A stretch of DNA of 64,000 bases from Schizochytrium sp. TIO01 (taxonomy: Eukaryota > Protista > Bigyra: Labyrinthulomycetes): positions 7,546,761 to 7,610,760 of the forward strand of contig SMSO01000031.1 in assembly GCA_004764695.1 (NCBI GenBank), read 5' to 3'. The notes beneath the pieces were generated by a model that worked only from the letters and a program-made list of their open reading frames with translations, was not told where the DNA came from and did not search any database. Of the stretch, positions 13,901-23,925 are shown one piece after another (position 1 is the stretch's first letter; the number at the start of each line of letters is the position of its first letter). The translations under genes and the position numbers were made by a program.

Positions 13901-15002
13901 TCAAGGAAAGCAAGCAAGCAATTTTGAGCATATTCTCAAAACTTTTGGGACGAAATAGGAGAAATGGTCTCAAATTTAAAGCTACTCGATAATAACTAGT
14001 GCAAAACATCTGCCTAACACATCCAAAAAGGTTATTTGAGGTTCTTGCTTTAGTTGCTTTATTTTGATAAAGGAACGCAACCAAAATACTGACTCCCCTA
14101 TAACTGGTTAGTTAAATTACAGCAGCTTCTGAACTTCAGTTGATATGAACACAATGTAATCTCAGGCTCATCTTGACCTTTAGCTGCTATCTAAGTAGCT
14201 AGAGCATCATATCCTAGCGTAAAGAGTTCGGAAGATGAAAGATCATATTTAGAAAACATTAAAATGACATGAATGAAGGCTTCTCTGAATCGTTCTTGTA
14301 AATAGTTTGGGGTCGATAGAGTAGCTGTGAGTAAAATATATAGAAGGAAAGTTGGGAAGCCTATATGTTTTGGCATATCTCGTGAATTTGATGATTGAAT
14401 ATCAACTGGAAAGTCTTACAAATCCACAATTTAAGAAGTGCCACTATTTTACTTGTGAACTTCACATAGCAAATCTTTAGTTATGTGAAGTAGCGCGCGA
14501 TAGATCTTAATGGTTTTGTTGGAACATCACATGGTTGAGTAAACTAGCCAGGGATTAAGAAGCTAAAATATCAAGCCGAACTGCATGCAGAAATTACATG
14601 TGTGACTCTTGGTTGGTTTAGAACAGGACGCTGCTCCATAACGTTCCATATCCACACTATCTTAAAGTCGTTCTAAGCACGAGTGTTTCGTCTCAGTTGG
14701 AAAAGAGACTTTTCTCAGCATGATCTAAATAGCTCCTAGCTTCCACTCCTATTGCACGAGCCCAAATAATTAGATTAAACTATAGAATATTAATTCCTTT
14801 AAGTTGTCCATTTCTCTCAAAGTAGGGAGCGTACCTAAACAGAGGTAGCTGGAAGGGTAAACCCAATTGAGCCTTCCCAAGGCGCTGCCGGAGAGGTCCG
14901 CCAGCCAGCGACTGGAGCTCGGCAGGTGTTCCGAAGCGTGCGCTCTCCGAGCCGCTCTTTAAGAAGGCCCGTGCAGTAACACGCTTTGCCGAGTCTAAGA
15001 CG

Positions 15003-16466
15003 ATGGATCCCGAAGAACAAGAAGAACCGGGATGCGAGATTGAGGCTGGAGGCCCTTTTCTGAATGCCAAGAACGGCCTGGGCAGGGAGACTTCAAATGG
15101 AAAGAGCTTCTGTTTGGAGGCGCCCAATGCCATGTCGCCGGATACGACGTCGCTCTATGACAAGTTTCCCTATAAGATGTGTTGGTCACCCATTAACACG
15201 GATGACAACCAGCAGCAGGCTTCGCGAGATGAAGATGAACAGAGCTCTCGAGATGACAACCAGCAGCAGGCTTCGCGAGATGAAGATGAACAGAGCTCTC
15301 GAGATGACAACCAGCAGCAGGCTTCGCGAGATGAAGATGAACAGAGCTCTCAAGATGACAATAAGCCGTCGTCCTCCCGCTCCCCCGCCAATACTGGTGG
15401 AGTTAGCTCTTTGGCTGCGTCTTCTTCTAGGTGCTGTCTCACCAAACCCCTTGCGAATTCAAGCAACACCTATGCCACGCCATTGGGTAGCATGCCGTGC
15501 GATGGCGGTTCGCAGCAGCAGAATAACATAACCTTGGCTGACTGGCGGCTGGTTAGCACTGCGCTGTGTCCGGGTGGCCTCCAGCAGAAGGCTTTGCGAG
15601 GTGAAGATCCACTTCCTGAACAGAACTGTTCAGGTGGCAATGAGTCGTCATCCTCCCGCTCCCCCGCCAATACTGGTGGAGTTAGCTCTTTGACTGCATC
15701 TTCTTCCACAAACTGTGAACCATCTCATGAAGAGCCTTCTATGGACGAGGTCCCCGAGCCCTCTGCGAATTCAAGCAACGAAGAGAACCCTACAGGTCCC
15801 CAGCTGTCGGTCCACTTTCCTCCATCTTTGAAGATGGGCCCGACTATCTACGTCAATTTTGCAGCCACAAGGTCGATCCATATTGATTGTACGCTGCAAA
15901 AATGCCCTTCAGTCTCAAAGGATTCTCTGGAATTCAAAACTGAACTGAGTGTCATGGGTGCAAACCAGGCATACACGCTTTTGGAGAAGCTGTCTTGGTT
16001 TTTTTTAAAGGAACATGAAGGGAATTTCCTCTACCGCTGCACAGTCGATGAAAGTCGCGGGTTCCTTCTCAAAGACGGCCGGAGCGAACGTTTACACTCG
16101 TTTATCTGTGTGAGAGACTCGGGCAAGCCTGATTCCAAGAACATTCGTTTGCAGATGGGATTTCAACGGGACCTGAGCTATGCAAATAGCTCAGTCGAAA
16201 ATGACAGCACGGGCCGTGTCATGCAATTCACGTTAGTTGTATTGTCCGAAGGCAAAGAGCTGGTAAGGCTTCCCTGTAGGTTTTCTGCTCGAACGAAGAC
16301 CCACGGGAATACCGTTGAAAGTATTGCCCTTGACGATCGCCAGAAGCATTCGAAGGGGCATGCTCGTGTTCGATCCGGCATTGAGAACCTCATTGCTCCA
16401 CTCAACAAGCGATCACTCAAAGACCTCGAAAAGAAAGTAGAGGACAATAAACGCCGCAAAGTCTAA
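15003..16466 (+). CDS. Orphan protein (487 aa): repetitive disordered N-terminus, beta-rich C-terminal domain, terminal NLS KRRKV
   Basis: ATG-initiated 487-codon ORF, GC-richer than its flanks. C-terminal KRRKV resembles the SV40-type NLS. Followed by AATAAA at about 16575. Confidence 0.8.
   Translation: MDPEEQEEPGCEIEAGGPFLNAKNGLGRETSNGKSFCLEAPNAMSPDTTSLYDKFPYKMCWSPINTDDNQQQASRDEDEQSSRDDNQQQASRDEDEQSSRDDNQQQASRDEDEQSSQDDNKPSSSRSPANTGGVSSLAASSSRCCLTKPLANSSNTYATPLGSMPCDGGSQQQNNITLADWRLVSTALCPGGLQQKALRGEDPLPEQNCSGGNESSSSRSPANTGGVSSLTASSSTNCEPSHEEPSMDEVPEPSANSSNEENPTGPQLSVHFPPSLKMGPTIYVNFAATRSIHIDCTLQKCPSVSKDSLEFKTELSVMGANQAYTLLEKLSWFFLKEHEGNFLYRCTVDESRGFLLKDGRSERLHSFICVRDSGKPDSKNIRLQMGFQRDLSYANSSVENDSTGRVMQFTLVVLSEGKELVRLPCRFSARTKTHGNTVESIALDDRQKHSKGHARVRSGIENLIAPLNKRSLKDLEKKVEDNKRRKV
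15201..15362 (+). repeat. In-frame 51-nt tandem repeat, 3 copies plus a partial (DDNQQQASRDEDEQSSR)
   Basis: GATGACAACCAGCAGCAGGCTTCGCGAGATGAAGATGAACAGAGCTCTCGA starts at 15201, 15252 and 15303; the third copy has one substitution near its end. Confidence 0.95.
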
Positions 16467-17508
16467 CAGGCAAAAGCGGCGCCTGGTATCTCCCGTAGCA
16501 GTCAACAAATACCCAGATTTATCGGCGGCCTAACATCCGGCTTTTCCATGTCAACGACAACCATGGCGTAGAGAAATAAATAAAGTCATCAACAACACTA
16601 TCGTATTTACCTTGTTTTACTTGTCATACAAACTGGCTCACTCTGTTTCCTGCCTTACATTGCAGGAGCATAAGCGAGAATGTCATTTTTGTTATACAAT
16701 CGTATAATTCACCCCGATCTTCATAATTCTGCCTGACTTGCACTTCCGCCTCACGTACAAACTTCGGGCGCTGCCTCTACTCTCGTGTTGTTGTACAGAA
16801 CAACTGTCAAGTGACTTAATTCTAGGATGGATCTGTAATTATATCGTGACAAACTCAATGATTCATTTGTAAACCAAGCACTCTTCCAAAAAACATAGTA
16901 GCAGCCATAGCAAGCACAACAAGACAAACAACTATCGCTACGTGAAACATGAACAGCCCATAACCATAAGGCGAAAACATACGATTTCAAGGGGGTGCGC
17001 ATTAGCCAACTCATTGAATTGCATACATCCATGAACACATGCTTGCGCGATTGCGCAGGTATCGCTTTCACATCAGAGCACAATTCACCTTTCTTTTGTC
17101 CTGGAAGTCTTGATAAAGTTTATCTAGCTCGAAGAAAATGGCACACTGTTAGAGGTATTCGATAATCAGTCCTATCGTCAACATTGCGAATCAGAAGAAC
17201 TGCTGTTAGTAGCAGGGTAGGTAGGGAGCGAACAAGTGTATCCACTACCTACGTATATCCTTGTGCACAGACATTGCGGAGCTCGTGTGAAGAAGCAGAA
17301 ACGAAAGAGAAAGAGTGCCTTACTGCGAACATTAAGTTCGAAAGGTTTGTGGAAACGTGCTGACCTGCGTCCCTCCGCAGAATAGACGACCACTCAGGAT
17401 ATTGACTGACCTCCAGCAAGGTGTTCTTGAGTACTTCGTGTCAAGCACCCTCGAAGAATTGTGATCACTGCTACTTAAGCTCGCGTTGTTTGTGAGAAGT
17501 GGAGCAAT

Positions 17509-19014
17509 ATGAACGCAGCCAATCCAGAGGCGAATGGTCAGGATTCGTCATCAAGATCTCACGCGCATGCGACACGCGATGAAAACGAATACGAGGCGCT
17601 CTGTGATTGTCTTCGCAACCGGGACTTGGACAAGCTTATCTCGGAGATCACTGCCAAGGACACCAACGTGAACGCGGTCAGTGAAAGTGGCGAGACAGCA
17701 CTATTTCTAGCCGCAGAAATCGGAGAACCAATACTCCTCGACACCTTGCTTGAGTTTGGGGCAGATGCAACAGTTACGACATCTACTGGCGAATCTGCTC
17801 TCTTCAAAGCAACTGCCAGAGGTAACTATGACGCCATCAAGAGCCTCCTCAAGGCCGGTGCTGATGCTCGAGCTGTGTTGATTGATGGAACAAATCTGAT
17901 TGCCTCCGCGTCCATTAAAGGACATCCTGGGTCCATCAGTGCACTCGTCAAGGCTGGAGCAGAAATAAATCATCCATCATGCCCTCTGCAATCTGCGGTT
18001 CGCACGCAAAATGTGGAGGCGGTGAAGGTTTTGCTTCAGCTTGGAGCTGACCCAGCTTACACAAATGACGGAGAAGAGTTGGAATCGCTGCACATTGCCG
18101 CCCAGCGGGGATACCGTGATATAGTCAAGATCTTCATTGATCAAAAGGTTCCTCTTGACAACCTCAGTCATGACTCAACACCGCTCATGTGGGCAGCAGA
18201 GAATGGCTTCCACGATATCATTGATGACCTTTGCACTGCAGGAGCCAGTGTGGATGCAGCACGCAGCGATGGCGCCACCGCACTCGTCATGGCAATCTTG
18301 GCCCATCAACACCGTGCAATCTCGAGTTTGCTTAAACTTGGCGCTAGCACGCTTGTCACCACTGAGTCTGGTGCAACGCCTTTAATGTTTGCGGCAATGG
18401 TTGGAGATGCGCCCTTGATTGAGACTCTGTTTAAAGCTGGCGCTGTGATTGACGCTCAAGATGCTAACGGCCAAACTCCTTTGTTCCTCGCAGTGCACCA
18501 AACTCAGTTCGATGCAGTAAAGACCTTGATAAGTAAAAGGGCAGATGTTAACATCTGCAACGTGACTAAACTATCCCCTCTTCACGTAGCGGTTCTTGTA
18601 AAACGCAACGACTTTGTAAAGATGCTGCTGGATGCAGGAGCCATTGTTGAACACCCAGATGAGGATGGCTACCGTGCCCTCCACCACGCTGTACAAGTGG
18701 CGAACCATAGTGCTTTGCAAACTCTTCTTCGTGCAGGGGCAGATCCGAATGTGAAAGCAGCCGATGAACGCACACCCTTGTTGATGGCCGCTCAGGCTGG
18801 CGACCAAAAGTCTGTAGAAATTCTGATCAAAGGCGGCGCAGAACTAGACGCTGATGTCATTGAGGTGGCTGCAGGGCACGAATCTCTTGCAGAGCTTTTG
18901 CAAGGAGCTGCTAATCAGGATAACTCATCTTCAGACGCGATTCAACAAGATGAACAATCGAAAGACATGTCTCAAAATTCCCAACCTCCAGAACCTCCTA
19001 CCACATCGTCCTAA
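17509..19014 (+). CDS. Ankyrin-repeat protein (~12-13 repeats)
   Basis: Repeated G-TPL/ALxxAAxxG...LLxxGA motifs, e.g. GETALFLAAEIG, GATPLMFAAMVG, GQTPLFLAV, ERTPLLMAAQAG. Confidence 0.95.
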   Translation: MNAANPEANGQDSSSRSHAHATRDENEYEALCDCLRNRDLDKLISEITAKDTNVNAVSESGETALFLAAEIGEPILLDTLLEFGADATVTTSTGESALFKATARGNYDAIKSLLKAGADARAVLIDGTNLIASASIKGHPGSISALVKAGAEINHPSCPLQSAVRTQNVEAVKVLLQLGADPAYTNDGEELESLHIAAQRGYRDIVKIFIDQKVPLDNLSHDSTPLMWAAENGFHDIIDDLCTAGASVDAARSDGATALVMAILAHQHRAISSLLKLGASTLVTTESGATPLMFAAMVGDAPLIETLFKAGAVIDAQDANGQTPLFLAVHQTQFDAVKTLISKRADVNICNVTKLSPLHVAVLVKRNDFVKMLLDAGAIVEHPDEDGYRALHHAVQVANHSALQTLLRAGADPNVKAADERTPLLMAAQAGDQKSVEILIKGGAELDADVIEVAAGHESLAELLQGAANQDNSSSDAIQQDEQSKDMSQNSQPPEPPTTSS

Positions 19015-19749
19015 ATCCAACGTTCTCCAAAAATTTTACCAATTGTACTTCAACAGATGAAAAACTTATCAAAGTTTTGTACCACTCGAACTTGTAATTC
19101 CTTGCTTATATCGTCACCAAATTCAATAGAGAATTTTCAGTACATTTATCCTTCAAAGGTTTAGAAATTTTGTGAGAAATAGAGATTTTGCCAGACTTTA
19201 TGTTGGACACTAATAATGGAATTTTCATTTCGTTGACCTAGACTGATGTTAGGTTTCTTTGAATCATTTTGAGAATTGATATACTGTCCCTAAGTCACTC
19301 ATTTTTTTTCTATGTTCTTCTGGTACATTGAGGTAAATATCATAACTGTAACACATCAACGAAAATTTGTTAGTCAGTGCCATTCACTTTTGATGATATA
19401 AACAAATAAGAAATTGAATGCAAATACATTCTCTAAACTATTCTCCTACAAAACTCTTCACTATGAAAGAGTTAGAACTAAGTGCTCCATATAGGCAACA
19501 AATTAAACTATGCTTTCAATTTCAACCTTTATTTTCATTTCAAATAATTTACTTGTGAACGAAAATAAGCTTCTTTTTTTTAAGTTCTCTCTTTCTATTC
19601 TTATATATTTTTCCGTTGAGTCGTCAATTGACCACGAAATCCCTATTCACTTCATTGTGTAGTACCCATTCACTCTTTTCTTTTCGCCTCAGGCCCGCGA
19701 GGGAAAGGCTAAAGAGGTTCCGTGTGCAAAGCGCGACCTTCACTGCATT

Positions 19750-22700
19750 ATGCAGGTCCGCAGAGAGTCTGGAGAAACACGACTTCCAACCCTCAGTGCT
19801 CATTCACCACTTCCTGAGGCCTTCCATAACCTACCGCGGGACTGCCTTGAGCGAGTTTGGGATGCCCTTGTTGAGGAAGGTTCTGGCGTTTACTTAAGCA
19901 GGAGCGCCTTTCAAAATGTTTTCGGTGTTGTCGATGAAGAAGTCAAAGTAGCCGCAGATCCTGCAGACACACCACCTAGTTTGGCCAAGTATGGCCAACA
20001 ATTCCATCCTCGTAGGTCTCCACTTGATGACCTCTTCGAGACCTACGCTCTAGATATAGATTCCGATTACATTGATTCTATTGAGGTACTGGGAGCCATT
20101 ATTCTTGCATCAAACCAACTCGCGCGTCGCGAAAAGGCCCTTCTTTTACGTGACTATTGCATGTTATTTTCGGTGTTGAATGTGGCTTGTGTAATCAATG
20201 GTGCGAGCGTCGCCTTAACTGGCAAGCGAAAACTTACTTCGGAACAAGAGATTGCGAATTGTGAAGTTCGAGACTTGAACACCTGGATTGATCATTTCCC
20301 TCACCGCCCTATCCCTATTCGTGTGCAGATTCTCTCGGTCGCTCCACATGTTGCAGAGGAAAACCTCAAAATTATTGTAAATGGACAGGCATTCGCATTT
20401 CCCGTTGATGGCATTATCATAGTCACTGCTAAAAGCGGGACCCCCGCGACAATTGGTAGTAGTACTCTTTTCTTAAAGGAAGGCAAACATATGCTCAAAA
20501 ACAAGTCTGAAAATGACTACATGGCTGAGGTACTCGTCGCAGAACTTGATGGGCTTGACAATGTTGGTGACGAGACTACAACATGTGCAGATGATGAAGA
20601 TGAGGAGGATTTTGCTTTTCAGCAGCGCGCGAAAGCAGCTGGAATCGTAGCTGGTAAAGAGGGATACGAAATGCACCAAAACACGGCCATTAGAGCTATC
20701 AAACCTCAAGCGGAGCTTTGTCAACCCTTGGAAGAGCCATATCGTCTTGCAGCTACATTAGGCTTCAACACCACCGTGGCTCCATGTCAGGTTGCTAAAG
20801 GAGATATCATTTATGCGGTTGGAAATGTCATTGCACTTGAGAGCACGGCGCAGTCGAGCTCGGCTGAAGAAGAACAGAGTGCTAGGAAAGTGAGATATTT
20901 CTACGGTCACGCCACTCCAGTAACAGCGCTTGCAGTTCACCCAAATGGACGATGGATTTTTAGCGCCTCGCAGAACTCTCGAAAGATTCTTGCATGGGAT
21001 ACGGGATCCCTAAAACTGCTATTTAGCATAGATTCGGTGATTACCTCATCTCGCATGCTTTGTATCAGTCAATGTGGCCGGGGTGTCTTTTGCATGAATC
21101 CAAGTGATAACCTATATGCATTTTACGAAATTAATGAGCGTGGCCCAACTAAATTTGTTCATAGTGCACGACTCCCATTGGAATTGAAGTTATGCGCAGC
21201 AGAGCTGCTAAATAGTAAAGAAGTCATCCTGGCCGGTTCGCATGTAGTTCGACTTACATGTGATGGTAGCTTGGTACGGATGAGATGGGGAAAGACCGCC
21301 CCTAAGGCTACCCAAACGTCTTTGGCAGTTGTACCGTCTACAAGAACATGTGTAACTGCGTCCCGTGAATCTGGCCATGTTTATATATGGTCGAACGATG
21401 TATGTATGTACGATCGAAAGCTGGACGAACCTGTCTGCGCTGTTTCGATTGGGCAAGGTCGAGGAGCTTTCGTATGTGGTCTGGCAGATGGTACCTTGTG
21501 CTTACTTTCTTCCAGAAATTTAGAACCTCTCCCGGGTAATTTAGGGTCCTCCGCACAGCCACTCCTTCAATCAAGCATATCAAGCGCATGGACCACACTT
21601 GTCACGGGCGCTAGCGCTCTGCTTGGAATAAACAGCAAAGGTGTGCTTATTAGTATGCCTTATAGCGACTTGATGAATCCTCAACATTGGCAGATTCTAC
21701 AGGAAGGCCATGGTGGTGACATGAATTCATCGGTAACTTGGGCCTGGGTGTCTCCATCTATGCTCGTGACAGCTGGTTCAGACGCAGCTATCCACCTATG
21801 GCAGGTGATGAAAAAGGCAAATCAAGAAGAAGCGACATTGCACAAAATAGCTCAATTCGAGACTGCAGGGCTCGTCAGATCCATTGCGGGATGGGGAAAG
21901 CGCATTTTTGTTGCACTAGATAACCACCAAATCCAGTGCTTTGACCTCGGTAATTCTGGCTGGACGGCAATGCACACAAAGAGCTCATTTATTACATGTT
22001 CACTTGCTCGGATAGACATGCTTGCTGCGTCTGATGACTTACTTGCTGCGTGCTGTTTCAAAACACGAGAGGTTGAAGTAAGGTCCATTTCTGGAGGTAA
22101 GCTTGTTGCTAGGCTAAAGTTTGATGCTGGAGTACTGAGGAAGCCAATTGGCCTTCAAATGTGGTTTGGCTATGTTGAACGAATGGACAATGTCATTCTA
22201 CAGTTAGGGGGCTCTATGGGATGGGATACTAAAACCTGGCAGAGCCTTACTGAAATTCCATCTGGAGCTAAGAAAATCAACGAGTTCAGCCCTCAGGCTC
22301 CAGCATCAGTTTTCAGTATCCGTAATTTAGATACTGCACTCCACTTTATGGAGCGAATGCCAAATGTCAAGGTTGATATTAATTCAACTCTTGTTCCTAA
22401 TTCGCAAATGCCAACCTATCAACACCGAGTTATCAGGCTGCCACAGGCTAGTGAGTCGGGGGTAAACACGAGTAAGATGAAGAGTAAGACCGACACTGGA
22501 GCAGCTACAGGAGCTAATGGCGTAATTTGCACCAATGCAAAGACTGTTCGTGCCATAGCATATCATGCATCTTCAGCATCTACATGCTTTGCGCTTGCGA
22601 CCGACCAGAACTACATTGAGGTCAATGATTATAAATTGAACGTGAACGGTGTGGTACAGGCGCTTGCCTTTGACGAAGAAAAACATGTGGCAGTGAGTAC

Positions 22701-23763
22701 TACTGAGGGTTTGTATATTTTTGACTGGATATCAGGAGTTCTCTGTAATTCTGTACGAGTTGCCAATCGCTGTACTCTTGGGCTAGAATTTGTGGCTGTC
22801 AAGCAAGCTGGCACCAATGAAGATAAGTGCCTCGCTCTTGTTGACCAGCAGGGAGGTATCCAGATTTGGCACTGCCTGGGTCGTTCACTTTTCCTTGATT
22901 CTAGACTGTCACGCGCTGATGCAGGCGCATGTTGTTTGACTCGTTCAGGTATATATGGCTCGCTCCAAGGCTCTCTATGCCACATCACTGAGCCTGGAGT
23001 TGTGAAAGCAACTTGCAATGAGGAAGGAGTTCCGGTTCTCGCCTTATTTGAGGACCAAGCAGGTTTCGTTTCTGGGTGCGCAGATGGTTCACTTAAATTT
23101 TGGACTCTTGCGCTTCAGGAAATCCCTGTTCGTAAAACTGATCGTCTAAAGTTCTCACAGCCGGTGGTAGCTATTTTCAGGACTCCCAAAACAGCAGAAC
23201 TCATTTTACAAACTGCTGATGGACATATATATGCCAACAAGGACCCGCTTCAGTCTTTTGACATCAATGCGTGCTTACATCTGCGAAAACCGCCTGCGTT
23301 GCCGTATCATATGGCTCAAGTGTTCAATGCGGCCGAAGCATCTCCAACGCTGGTACAGAAGCAGTTCAAACTCGAGAATGGAAATATTCTGACTGTGCAC
23401 GGGGCGCAGTTAAGCATCAGGGGAGGGGGTACTTCTGAGGAGTACAAGTTGAATCTGGACGACAGTACAAAATATATTGCTCTCAGCTCTAATCAGGCTG
23501 TACTCGCCATTGTTTCGAAAACAAACGATCTTTATATTATAGATGCTAATACAGTGACCCTGCTTTACTTTTGGCCGAGCTCAGAGATTGTTGAAACCGT
23601 GCAAACACTTCGATTTAATAACGGTGGCAATAAGGCAACTACTTCTCTATATGGTCAAGTTAATGTTGCGCAGAAATCCTATGGAGCCAGCAAGCTTGAC
23701 GTACAGATGTTCGAACAGCTGCTAGTGAATGGGACTCCATTTTCATACAAGACATCTTTCTAA
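19750..23763 (+). CDS. WD40-repeat protein, EML/EMAP-like (HELP-WD), with degenerate EF-hand-like N-terminus
   Basis: LGFN...GDIIYAVGNV...RYFYGHATPVTALAVHPNG matches the EML HELP/first-WD layout. Further WD motifs: EGHGG...LVTAGSDAAIHLWQ, FVSGCADGSLKFW. N-terminal DDLFETYALDIDSDYIDSIEVL is EF-hand-like. Confidence 0.75.
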   Translation: MQVRRESGETRLPTLSAHSPLPEAFHNLPRDCLERVWDALVEEGSGVYLSRSAFQNVFGVVDEEVKVAADPADTPPSLAKYGQQFHPRRSPLDDLFETYALDIDSDYIDSIEVLGAIILASNQLARREKALLLRDYCMLFSVLNVACVINGASVALTGKRKLTSEQEIANCEVRDLNTWIDHFPHRPIPIRVQILSVAPHVAEENLKIIVNGQAFAFPVDGIIIVTAKSGTPATIGSSTLFLKEGKHMLKNKSENDYMAEVLVAELDGLDNVGDETTTCADDEDEEDFAFQQRAKAAGIVAGKEGYEMHQNTAIRAIKPQAELCQPLEEPYRLAATLGFNTTVAPCQVAKGDIIYAVGNVIALESTAQSSSAEEEQSARKVRYFYGHATPVTALAVHPNGRWIFSASQNSRKILAWDTGSLKLLFSIDSVITSSRMLCISQCGRGVFCMNPSDNLYAFYEINERGPTKFVHSARLPLELKLCAAELLNSKEVILAGSHVVRLTCDGSLVRMRWGKTAPKATQTSLAVVPSTRTCVTASRESGHVYIWSNDVCMYDRKLDEPVCAVSIGQGRGAFVCGLADGTLCLLSSRNLEPLPGNLGSSAQPLLQSSISSAWTTLVTGASALLGINSKGVLISMPYSDLMNPQHWQILQEGHGGDMNSSVTWAWVSPSMLVTAGSDAAIHLWQVMKKANQEEATLHKIAQFETAGLVRSIAGWGKRIFVALDNHQIQCFDLGNSGWTAMHTKSSFITCSLARIDMLAASDDLLAACCFKTREVEVRSISGGKLVARLKFDAGVLRKPIGLQMWFGYVERMDNVILQLGGSMGWDTKTWQSLTEIPSGAKKINEFSPQAPASVFSIRNLDTALHFMERMPNVKVDINSTLVPNSQMPTYQHRVIRLPQASESGVNTSKMKSKTDTGAATGANGVICTNAKTVRAIAYHASSASTCFALATDQNYIEVNDYKLNVNGVVQALAFDEEKHVAVSTTEGLYIFDWISGVLCNSVRVANRCTLGLEFVAVKQAGTNEDKCLALVDQQGGIQIWHCLGRSLFLDSRLSRADAGACCLTRSGIYGSLQGSLCHITEPGVVKATCNEEGVPVLALFEDQAGFVSGCADGSLKFWTLALQEIPVRKTDRLKFSQPVVAIFRTPKTAELILQTADGHIYANKDPLQSFDINACLHLRKPPALPYHMAQVFNAAEASPTLVQKQFKLENGNILTVHGAQLSIRGGGTSEEYKLNLDDSTKYIALSSNQAVLAIVSKTNDLYIIDANTVTLLYFWPSSEIVETVQTLRFNNGGNKATTSLYGQVNVAQKSYGASKLDVQMFEQLLVNGTPFSYKTSF

Positions 23764-23925
23764 CTGCGACCAGATAATGGGTACTTATATCCTTGATGTT
23801 TATATACGGACTATATGTTTTAATTTCAAATTAATTTTAATCACCACTTAATGGAGATCTATTGGGATAGGAAAAACTGCAAACAACCAAAAGCACACAT
23901 TGAGGAAATAAAAGGGCCGACATCT

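Noticed and set aside
15201-15362. CRISPR-like regular repeat
   Set aside because: Head-to-tail in-frame coding repeat with no spacers, in a eukaryotic context.
1-17000. Endogenous virus or transposon as the explanation for the AT-rich arm
   Set aside because: No capsid, polymerase, integrase, RT or transposase motifs and no terminal or telomeric repeats were seen.
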